From: Perna viridis
Lineage: Eukaryota
Assembly (NCBI GenBank): GCA_037379345.1
Contig: CM074520.1
Span: forward strand, 8,804,001-8,868,000
DNA: 64,000 nt
Direction of reading: 5' to 3'
Below, one piece after another: positions 53,356 through 64,000 of this stretch. The stretch's first letter is position 1. Every line of letters begins with the position of its first letter. Under the pieces are notes generated by a model. It saw only the letters and a program-made list of their open reading frames with translations, made no database searches and had not been told where the DNA came from. A program made the translations under genes and the position numbers.

Positions 53356-56323
53356 ATGCTTATTCAATTATGCTTCCTGATTTTATTTTGCGCTGCGCAT
53401 AGAACGGGTAAGTTGACGTCTTGCTTTTTAAATTTAAAAATGTCACTTAAGGTATTCTAAATATTTGAACTGAAGGCATTCGATAATTCACTTGTACAGT
53501 TTAGACCACGGCCTCGATCAGCTTGTCTGGCAAATCAGCTGTTGGACGTTAGACCATATTGTACTAAGTTTATATGCTCTTTTTTTAGGCTTATTGAATA
53601 TAGGACTGCTTGGACAAAACATCCTATAACGTAAAACCAAAGAAAACGATGGATCGATGACAAAGTAAAAGACAAATATACACTAACTCCCAAAAACTGC
53701 ATCAAAAGAGAAGCTTCTCTGCTTTCTTATATATAACATCCATCGATCGTTTAGTTATATAATAAAATTCTATAATACTTTATTTGAATTATTAAGTTTA
53801 CTCATATTTTTTGCTTTAGAAAAGCATTTGATATGCCTTAATGTCAGTAAGAAAAATATCAAATAAGGGCCACAATCCAAGGAACTTTTCAAACATCTTA
53901 ATAGCATTAACAAACACCCCGAACAGACAAAATCTAGGCTACACCTTTTAAATGCAAGTAAGATCACCTCCGAAAAATCTTTCTTTTCTGGCCAGAAAAT
54001 CCCGCTTTAGAATACGGACAATTAAGCAAACGTAATAATTTCAAAGAATTTATAACCTTATATTTAGACACTAGCTGCCAGTTCCCATCCAACCTGAGAG
54101 GTAATAAATGGTTCACTACCAGCAATGGAGAAATCGAGGTAGCAACAGATGGCAGCACAATGACCAACTACGCTTCCGCCGTTAAATCAGGAACATTGAC
54201 TATCACGTGTGACGAGTACGAGAGTTCTACTGACAGATATATCAGCTCGTAAGTCTTGACTCGAAAGAAGAAAAACAAGAACAACCTAATTCAAAGACCA
54301 TTATTTTTTTTAATGCCAGGAATGAATCTATGTCTCGCCACCGACGAGCTGGATTGTTCCTGTACACAGAAAATTGCCACACATTTTGGTCATATTTTTG
54401 AAAAACACATGCAAAACATATATTTGTCGCATGCTTTTCATATATTTAGGACCATCATGGAATACAAATTATAAACATATGTTTAGCACCATCAAGGAAT
54501 ACATATGAAAACATTCGTTAAGCATTAACACATTGATTATAAATATGAAACATACATAAATTAAAATCCTTTTCTTTGTATATGTTTTCCAAGAGACTTA
54601 ATTTACGAATAAAGCATAATTTTCGTCAATTAATGTTGTATAATATACAATTTAATATGCATATTTTTAATATGTTTTTTATATCCTAAAAAAAACATCC
54701 ATATCTGTCCGAATACATCTTGCTATATGTTTTAAAATATATCTAAACTTATGCGACAATTCTTTCTGTGTAGCCACTTATTTAAATACTATTTAAAATA
54801 GTTTTGTCCTCGCCCCTGTCATTTATGACACTCGAGTGTCTGTATGTTTTTTAACTATGGATCTGACCCCTTTATTTTTATGGACCGATTTTTATTTTTC
54901 CACATGCAACTGTGAATATGTTGGTGATACATTTAAATGTTCTCACTGACTTAACCCTTGACCTTCGCCTTCAATGCCAGGATTCAATAGCATTTTTTTC
55001 GTTTTCACTTTTCCCCGATGAAATGATATCAAATGAAATGTAAACACCCGGAACACTTTTGAGGACAAACATATACAATGAAAGTGACTATTTAATTGAC
55101 TTAAATGTTTATGGCTTGATTTAATCTAAAAGTTTAACAAAATATCTTACATTAGCGCAGCAAAACATCGTGAATTAATCATAAAAAAAATATAACGATA
55201 TCATCTTATATTAATAACATTTATTCTCCCAGGAAATCTTCATTTTTTCTAATCCAATATCAAAGTATAAAAGATCATTTGTTTATTTTATTATGAATAT
55301 GTAAACCTCTTACAAACATTTTCTTCAGCTATAAGATTGAAATCGTTCTTGATCTCGATAATCATTCAGCACGACACCAGGATACACTATAACGAACTCG
55401 GTCACACATTTACTTCCGGTTTTGGATATCTATCTGAATTTTAATTTACTTATGTTGTGTTTTTTACGACGGTCAAAACTTGAAAATTTCGAAATTCTCG
55501 GGCATTATTCAAGATCAGATAACATCGCGTAAAACCATTCACTTTTTCCCGATTTTGCAAGATTCTTTCATTTTCTGAGAAGAATGGCTGCAGCGTCTAT
55601 AGAGTGAATTTCGAACGTCAGACGCTGTTTCGGAGTTTGTTGCCGCACTTGCAGCTTCAACATGACAATTTTACCATGATATTTCTTCCGGTTTATTAAT
55701 TACTTGAGGCTTTTGGTTGGCGGGGGTACATACACTGTATGACCATAACATTTCTTATAGTTTTTGTTTAAATTCGTTATCTAAAAAAGTTTCTACAGTT
55801 TCCCTCAGTACAAATGCTGCGTAACATCGTTTCAAAGCTACAATTATTTATAATGTGCTGTTGTTTCATTGTATTACTTATTGTAAGGCCTATTTCTATT
55901 TAATTACCTTTTTTTCAATGTGCGTGTTGTGTGATTTCATGCCATGTTCTTTGTTGTGTGTGTTTATTTTCCTTGTCTTGTCGTTATCTTTGGATTATTT
56001 TCCTTTCTAAAAATTACTGTTAGAATCCGGGTTTCCTTGATTTTCTTCCAATACATACAGAAAAAGAAACTATGTCCAATGGAAATTATTTGTTTTACTT
56101 CATCATTACATAAAATTTGGATCAGTTGCTTCTAATTGTTTCTCTCGAGGATCACGTTGCACCATTCTCAGTTGCTTGGCCACCAGAGATTAAAGTAATG
56201 TATGGGGTCTTTTTATTTTCAGGGTAGTTTTCACAGTATTTGGTTCCACTACATTGAAAGCATTTTTCTGTATGAAGTTTACCAAGTTGTCAGCAGTGAA
56301 GTATCTAATGACATACGATACAG
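53356..56323 (+). CDS. Uncharacterised secreted/extracellular protein, 5' part (coding exons 53356-53407, 54068-54248, 56223-56323; 3' exons not found in the window)
   Basis: Three stop-free exons with canonical sites (G|gtaagt; tttag|...TC|gtaagt; ttttcag|...G|gtaggg) and matching phases 1, 2, 1. Spliced translation: MLIQLCFLILFCAAHRT-DTSCQFPSNLRGNKWFTTSNGEIEVATDGSTMTNYASAVKSGTLTITCDEYESSTDRYIS-SVVFTVFGSTTLKAFFCMKFTKLSAVKYLMTYDT. A possible 5'UTR exon donor aa|gtaagt lies at 53022. Confidence 0.8.
54365..54770. mobile_element. MITE with CACAG...CTGTG termini and TA flanks (EnSpm/CACTA-like non-autonomous)
   Basis: ta|cacagaaaattgccac ... tgcgacaattctttctgtg|ta. Confidence 0.65.
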
Positions 56324-56998
56324 GTAGGGCATTTATATTGTTTAACACGAGAGAGTGAATGCTCATGTAATCGTTGGCTCGACAAATAAATGCAACATCA
56401 TCCGTGTTTTTATACTCCTAATAGCATGGGTCTTTTATAATTCTATGTGGTGTCTGCTTAATCTTAAGCTGTATTGCTATTATTTTAATAACATTTTTAA
56501 TATATTTATATAGCTTGCATGCGCTTATATATGTATGCTCTATACATGTATGTGTAATTTGTAGGTCTTGTGAATGTGTTGTATGTCTTTATATGTTATT
56601 TATGTCTACAGGGCATAATATGTTTATGTTCATATCACCTAATTTATATAAAGTTTCCTTCACTTGATAATTTCCCTATTGACTTAATTGTCACACAACA
56701 AACCTGAAACTCGGTAAGATGTATGCTGCCGGTTTATATAGAAATTTCTAGAATTTTCAGGGGTTGGTCCTTATACAAGTTATTGTCTTTTTGTAGCTGG
56801 AATGTGTAATTCATCTCCAATGCAATTTTATTGCTATCTAAAAATGCGTTTAAGTTTCTTTATCCCTTCATTTGTCAGTGTATAAGACAATACTGTTTTA
56901 TTTATATACAACTTGCGATAAACCTATATTATCATATGATACAGATAAAGTTCTTGTTATGGATGAGAACATATATCCACAGGTGTGACAACACACAA

Positions 56999-57478
56999 CC
57001 CCGTGCAGGTCCGGGTGTCAAAAGAATAGGCCTGCAGCAGCGCTAAGCTTGTCGTAAAAGGCGACTAAATAATGCTCGGAAATCTAGCCGGGCTAGGCGC
57101 TTTGCCCACAGAGCAATTGGGATGTGTGGCCCAGGTGGTGGAATTGGGTACCCCTGGCACGATATATGCTGGAGTTGTCAGGCTATAATACCAAAAACCT
57201 GACCTCAAACCATAGGGTGCATCGTGTTGGGAAAGATGCCACGTTCCTCGCACGTTGTTTAAGAATCCTGCTGTGGTATTCGATAGGAGTAGGAACCTTT
57301 GCGCTCCGCCACAGGAGGCTAAATTGCCCGACCCTACTCCTCCCTCCCTTTCATCTTGTGGCAATCAAAAATTATCTACCCTATTATCCTTGTGTCCCAT
57401 CCCTTTTTTCATTTCATCATCATTTCATGTTCATCGCCTGAAGATAGCTGAAATATTGCAGCTCGGGCGTTAAACCCC

Positions 57479-57517
<39 letters not shown>

Positions 57518-57521
57518 TTTT
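56999..57521 (+). mobile_element. Non-autonomous non-LTR retroposon (SINE-like), copy 2
   Basis: Colinear with copy 1, with an (AATC)~9 tail and a possible 7-bp TSD CACACAA (56992-56998 / 57522-57528). Confidence 0.9.
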
Positions 57522-58214
57522 CACACAAAGGCGAATGACCAAAAGTACCGACATAGTTATATATATACTCTAATACAGCCATTTTTACATTCCATAAACT
57601 GATGTAAATGTCATTAAAAGGGAAAATATGTTTGACTTTTTAACTCTAATAATGAAAAATGGTAATAAAAAGGCTTCTTTAGTGTGTTCTCATAACCTTC
57701 GCACAGCTAGAGATTCTTGCACTATGTTGTTGTTATCCGCAGTCCAACTCTGTAGCATAGTAATGAATTGTTGTATTATATAACATACAAACAAAGAGTT
57801 TTATTCTTTGTAAGATGAATCGTTGTGTAAGTAAAACATTGTGTTAATATTCCCTTCTTGTAAACATGCACACGAACTTGTATTTTTGGAAACAAATTAT
57901 CAGATCAAAGGCCATGCAATAGTAGACAAATCCGGCAACACTTGTGTTGTTCACAATAATTATAAAAATCTTCAGTTTAGTTCCTTAATGTCTTAACTTC
58001 TGCATAATTTGACAGGGAAGAATATGCGCTGCTTAGGCATACTCTCCTTTTTCTTCTTTTCATAATATTTTATAAACCTGACTTGAGATATCTTCATGAA
58101 CAAAAGGCTCATTTTCAGACTATGTTTGGCTACTTGCAACCCTAGAAGTACCAACATTTATTTTTCTAAAGTACCTGTCTACTGTTAACGAAAACTTTAT
58201 TTTAATCAAGCCCC

Positions 58215-58435
58215 TTTCTCATGTATCTTCAAACACACAGTCTTTGTATTTTCTATCACACCGTCTTTTCGTGTATCCCCTATCACACTGTCCTTCCATG
58301 TATCCTCTATCACACTGTCTTTTCGTATATCCTGAACCACACAGTCTTCTCATATATGCTTTATCACAACTTATTTTTTGTTTCTTCAGTCAAACAGTCT
58401 TCCTATGTATCATAAATCACCCTGTGTTTCTATGT
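58215..58435. repeat. Degenerate 27-bp tandem repeat
   Basis: Unit tatcacactgtcttttcgtgtatcctc. Confidence 0.75.
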
Positions 58436-58631
58436 AAACTTCTTAAGTATCTCCTATCATTTTGTTTTCCAAGGTACTCCCTTAGTCTCGTCTTAATACT
58501 GCACATATTTAATCAGGTAAAACGATTTTTTAATTTGTAAATGTAAGCGTTCTATAGTCATGTTGTGACGGAGAATTTTGCCATTAAGATACGTGTTAGA
58601 ACAAATAACAATATACTAAGATGCATTGTGT

Positions 58632-59646
58632 TTAATATTCTATGAAATAAGTTAGAGTTCTTCTTAAAACTGATTTTAACGCAACATAAAATTCTGAATC
58701 TAAAAATGCGTACAAAAAGGGATTGACACAACTGTTAATGATATCAGTATGATAAAGCCACAATATGATCAGGAACCATTTTCTTGATAAGTTATCCCAA
58801 AATCCGGAACAAATCCCTCCAACACCACAATCAAACCGATGGGACAGTAGCAAACTAATGATACAATAGTTACTATCATGAACAGAACAGAGAATTTCCT
58901 CTTCAGTTTCTTGTTACGACGTCTTGCATGTTAGTTTCGCCTTATTTTAGGTGTATCATTGTAAGCAGTCTGTTTATTTTGACTGTCCTGTTCAAATAGA
59001 GTGTCTGATTTTTCCGCTAATGCTTTATCTATTTGTAAGTTACCCTTTTGTGGCGTGTCTTTCCCATGACTTGTTTCAAAGAATATGGCGTAGCCAACAC
59101 CTTCGTCGTAATTTGGTTTTTTAAGCCTACCACATCGGCTTCCAATCAAAACTCCTTCACTGTAGAAACTGTTTATCCCATAGTTAAATAGGAATGGAGC
59201 AGCACTTACAACTGACAGGAAAATGACCATCCAACCATAGCTCTGCGGACAGACAAGCGGATGGAAATTTTACGACAGATTAGTAAATATCGTTGAAGAG
59301 CAATGCTCAGCAATATGAATATTGACAAAGCCGCCGAGATTGTGATCGTAAAAAACAGGTATTTGCAAAGTATACTGTTTTTGAAGTTGGCCTGCATAGT
59401 ATCAAGCAACAAGCAATTTACTGAACAAACTATAGTGGCAAATATGTCAGATGCTGCTAGGACCGGTATGAAATATCGCTCAGAAGGAGCATTCTTCAGT
59501 TTTGTCCTGTATACAACTAACACTAATATATTTTCAGTTACTCCTATCAGTAAATAGACAGACAAAATCACAGCATTGACAACAACATTCTCTCCAACTT
59601 CTTCATTCCAGACTTCAAAATAGCACAACGAATTCATTGAATCCAT
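58632..59646 (-). pseudogene. Intronless class A (rhodopsin-like, peptide-receptor/CCKR-like) GPCR pseudogene
   Basis: TM1 GVTEN (GN to EN), TM2 LAASD, TM3 C...IALQRY, TM4 SAAP, TM6 FMIVTIVSLVCYCP and TM7 NSCVNPFLYAFLDSEF. Lesions are a frameshift at ~59230, loss of most of TM5 at ~59075, an in-frame TAA at 58931-58933 and a frameshift at ~58800. Confidence 0.88.
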
Positions 59647-62600
59647 AATGGTCTCTTTCTTGACGGTCGCTCACATATAGCGGTATTCTAAAACAAAGTG
59701 AAAAGGAACTTTTCTTTATACAGTAGCGAAGAGTTGTTAAGCGACCTCTTGGACTCGTATACTTAATTTTGAACAGGCGTAGATGTGTGATGTTTTTCCG
59801 ACACACTATTCAGCATATGGCGGCCATTAACCCGAATTACGCCTACGAGAAGATATAATTCGCAGTAACGTATAAATTATGCTATAGGGTGTATACATGA
59901 TTGTCTTCCTTATGGGATGAAAATAATCTTCATCTAAACTATAATCTGATTGTGTATTTCCCATACAGTATACTGAATCTGATTGTAACAAGTTAATTTT
60001 TATGGACACGCGCAGAACCTTGTTATGGAGATAAGAGTATATTGCAAAACACATGCCATTCTGCAATGCTATAAAATATAAATCGACGAAATTTGTTAAT
60101 GTTCGCTGAAAATGATGCAAGAGTAATCAAGGGAACCAAGATTCTAGCGGAAATAAAAAGATTATTATCCGGGGACAAAGACCTGATATGGAAAATAGAA
60201 ACACACCACACAGAACTTAAAATAACCAAAATAATACATACAAAGGAACAATAGTAAATACACAACTCGGACTCCACTAAAACAGGGAGCATTGGTCAGG
60301 TGCACCTGTAGGGGAAGCGTCCTCTGCTTTTCAAGAAACCCCGCCGAGTTGCACATAAAAACTCAAAATAGTAGACGAAAGAGGAAAGAAAAACTAGGAC
60401 ACGTTGAGCATATCAGTTTTCATGGTGCAGATGGATACACCATAACGATCCACGAGTTTATGGTGACGAACTTAAAACTTCTGCAGTAATGACTTCAATC
60501 TTCTATCAACATAACCCTTTCAAGAAAACTAATTTTAAGAAGTCTAGCGCGATACAAAAGGAGCATAATTACGGCATAACTATGAGTTGTGATATGAAAA
60601 CTCCATACGCAGGTGCTGAAGGGATGTTGCCGCTGACGAAAGAAAAGTCGACAAGACAATACGGAATGAAAAGTCATTGCATTTGTTGTATAGTTTGGTC
60701 AATTATAATTTTCCTTTACCATCGATCTCTAAGTGTAGGTCAAGTTATTAGGCTGTCTGTAGTATTCCTCATCTAAAGTTCTTTGGGGTAGATGCGATGT
60801 ATAAAATCCCCGAAACTAGGATTGTTTTACGATGATACATCATCTATATAGCGGAAACTGAGTTTTAGGAATCCAAATTTTAGGAATTGTTTGCTGAAAA
60901 AAAAATTCATATCTGGTATGGATAGTGTCCGACAATACCAACAATACCACGAAGTATACTCAATCTAACGTTCAGTCTCCTGACCAACTATTTCAATCAC
61001 TTTACTTTTTTCATCAGAACTTTGTCAGATCTTAAATTATATAAAACAAAATTAACAGTTTCACTTGTAAATTTAACAATGTAAAAACAGTTTTTGAACG
61101 ACTTTACATTGTTTACGATTCGACGTATTTTTAATCAAACAGAATGCATGTTTAGAAATGTGTCATTGAAAGCAACCATAATTTAGTCTATCAATATTAA
61201 TATTCATTGACATTAGCGTCATCGACAACTTTCAGTGTTTGATTAAAAATTCAATCACACATAAATGTTAATTCCTGTTTAATAAGGGAAAACCGAAATG
61301 ACAGTACTACATGTGGTTGCTTTATAAAACTTACAAAAGTACTTTGTAGTACACGAACGTATTTATATAGAGTAAAATAACTCTTTCGCTGTACCTGTGT
61401 ATAATGATTAATTAGGGCCGGTTGCAGTCTGCCCTGTGGTATGAGGATTTCCTCGTCGTTCATTGAAGACCAATGAGTGGCCTTGGGCTGAAATTTTCAT
61501 CCCGATTAAGTTATTGTCTCTTGGACCATACCCATTCTCATTATTACTCTGTAAATTACGTAGACATCACGCAGAAACAGGCAGCATAAACTGCCACCAG
61601 TTAAAATCGGTAAATAAGATACTAAAAACAGAAGAAAATAAAGTAACTAACTGCGACTAAAAATTTACTAAATCCTAGAAAACATCAAAATAAGTTTTGA
61701 ACTTTGTGGGGTAGACGCGTCAGGTTCAACATGAAAATGATAATATATAGTAAAATCTACAGAAAAGTATTTTGATATTATGAAAATCCATCATATATGT
61801 GTGTCAGAAACAGAATATTTCTCAATAAGATCTGGATATCGGAAAAAAGGAGTCGTATTTTTTATAACCTCGATCTCTCATGCAATAATGGCACATTAAT
61901 AAGTGATAATAGTCGCTACTGGTCCTGGTTTATCTTAACAGGCGGGAAATATATACACCATATACAACAGGGGGCTGATATATTACTGCACAAGAAAATT
62001 CATAATTGTCACGTTTGTCATATATTTTTGCACCGAGATGACTAGAAACTTTTTAATTTTGCATTTGTTCCATTTTTCACTTCAAAGATATGGTAGAACA
62101 ACATCTGAAAGTCATATATGTACTACAAGTCGTCAAGTTCGACGCTTTTAAGGACTTGTTTATAAAAAAACACGTTCAAATCTAGTAGTTTTTTTTTCAT
62201 ATCGTACGGTATGAATGGTATTTTTTCGCGGTTTGAAAATTTAGCGTATTTGTTGAAAGTACGAATTTTCCCCGAGTAAGTTTGGGTTAGATTCTGTTTC
62301 TCTGTTATCTTAATATTACGTTTTACAGGATAAAATCGTATGGAAGACATCATTACGAAAAATCAGTTTTGGGCTATTCACTAAATAACAAATGTGATTA
62401 ACATTGAAACCAAATGTTTTAGACGTATAACTACAACATCGCCATAAAATTTGAATCAGCCTGTATCAATTTACTAAAAAATCTAATTCAGTTTTATTAA
62501 ATTATTACGATAATTATGTAAAGTCTCTAACACTAAAACCTGGGTTCAATTCCGCGGAAATAGTACTTTAACTGAACAATTGAACAGGTGTGTTTCCCAA

Positions 62601-62664
62601 TGTTGGAATGAAGTATACCCTACTTCATCTACTCGTCAGCTTAATATAAATAGCTTCCGTAGTG

Positions 62665-63352
62665 ATACCAATCTCACAACCACTAAACAACTTCTATAGT
62701 TAGGCAAAACTCAAAACCTATAAACAGCTTATATAGTGAGCCGAATCTCACAACCCATAAACAAACAATTTTTTAGGCAATTCTCACAACCCATAAACAA
62801 CTTCAATAGTGAGGTCAATCCCTCAGCCCATTATCAGCTTCCATAGCAAGACCAATCTCACAACCCTTAAACAACTTCTATGTAGTGAGGCCAATCTCAC
62901 AACCCTTAAACAATTTCTATGTAGTGAGGCCAATCTCACAACCCATAAACAACTTCAATATTGAAGCCAATCTAACAATCCATAAACATCTCTAATTGAG
63001 AGCCCAATCTCACAACACATAAACAAACAACTTTTGAAGCAAATCTCACAACCCATTAACAGCTTCTATAGTTAGATAAAACTCAATACCCATAAACAAT
63101 TTCTATAGTGAGGTCAATGCCACAACCCATTATCAGCTTCAATAGTGAGACCAATTACACAATACATTAACACCTTCTATAGTATGGCCAATCTCACATC
63201 CCATAAACACCTTCTATAGTATGGCCAATCTCACATCCCATAAACACCTTCTATAGTATGGCCAATCTCACACCCCATAAACACCTTCTATAGTATGGCC
63301 AATCTCACATCCCATAAACACCTTCTATAGTTTGGCCAATCTCACAACCCAT
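62665..63352. repeat. 37-bp minisatellite, ~18 copies
   Basis: Unit ccaatctcacaacccataaacaacttctatagtgagg. Confidence 0.95.
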
Positions 63353-64000
63353 CAAGAATTAAGGAAATTACATAGAATGCTACGAGCCTTATTCATTAGA
63401 ATTAATGTTAGTAGTGAACATATATTTTGTTGATGAAATTAATTTCGTCTTTAGATTTGATAAACGGAAGTTATTCACCCTATGCTTTAGGATGTTTTCA
63501 AGTGCCGCGTTTTAACATAAAAGGCAATGTATTTCAAAGTACGTCCGCTTGCTCTTGCTCAGTCAAGTATGTATAATATACAGTTTCATCAATAAGATTC
63601 TGCTAAATCAAAGATTATGATTTGAAAAACCCATCTTCGTATTAGTAAAAATCAACAGCAACTGCATTAGCGTTAAAACAAACTTTAACAATTACCCCCT
63701 CCAGCCAAACAAGCAAGATAACAAATATAATTACAAAACAAAAACAAAAACCCAAAAAGATTAAAATAAGAAATAAAACAAAGCAAAACAAAATAGAAAG
63801 AAAAAGAAAAAAATATAAAAAAAAATAAATCAGAACATCAATTACTGGAAAAGAATCACAAAAATTAACAAAACAATTTTTATCCTTGTCCTTCGACTTT
63901 GCAGTTTCAATACTTTTGTCATTGGTTTCCTCCTAGGAATCAAATAAACTATTTTATTTTTGAAATTACATTTAAGGCTTTATTAATAAAGTTTAACACC

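Noticed and set aside
57242-57254. CGT-TCCTCGC-ACG matches the P3/L3 of the antigenomic HDV ribozyme
   Set aside because: No P1 3' strand followed by GG (P1.1) and no suitable P2 partner. The flank belongs to the Deu-like core, so the match is probably coincidental.
60487-60612. Phase-compatible candidate for the next exon of the plus-strand secreted-protein gene
   Set aside because: It lies within what looks like a common interspersed repeat, has a weak donor, and the peptide does not continue the domain pattern.

Overview
AT-rich, repeat-rich, intron-containing animal genomic DNA. The interspersed repeats resemble, from memory, those of bivalve molluscs (probably a mytilid); this assignment is inference. 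I reconstructed three genes by hand. (1) A complete six-exon NUDT6-like Nudix hydrolase gene on the minus strand (51399 to 33819, 341 aa), with GT-AG junctions, consistent phases and an intact Nudix box. (2) A divergently transcribed plus-strand gene missed by the ORF track (coding exons 53356-53407, 54068-54248, 56223-56323). It encodes a signal peptide plus a 'C-x-FP...W...C...C' extracellular domain and probably continues beyond the window. (3) An intronless class A GPCR pseudogene (59646 to 58632, minus strand) with two frameshifts, a nonsense codon and a TM5 deletion. The rest is MITEs, Helentron-like non-autonomous elements, a ~2.3 kb foldback element, minisatellites and TE relics. The best candidate for something undescribed is a ~510-bp retroposon present twice (25201-25708 minus, 56999-57521 plus). 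It has target-site duplications and an (AATC)n tail, but a pseudoknot-forming 5' head in place of a tRNA head, which could be a ribozyme or another functional RNA. Almost all ORFs in the supplied track look spurious.
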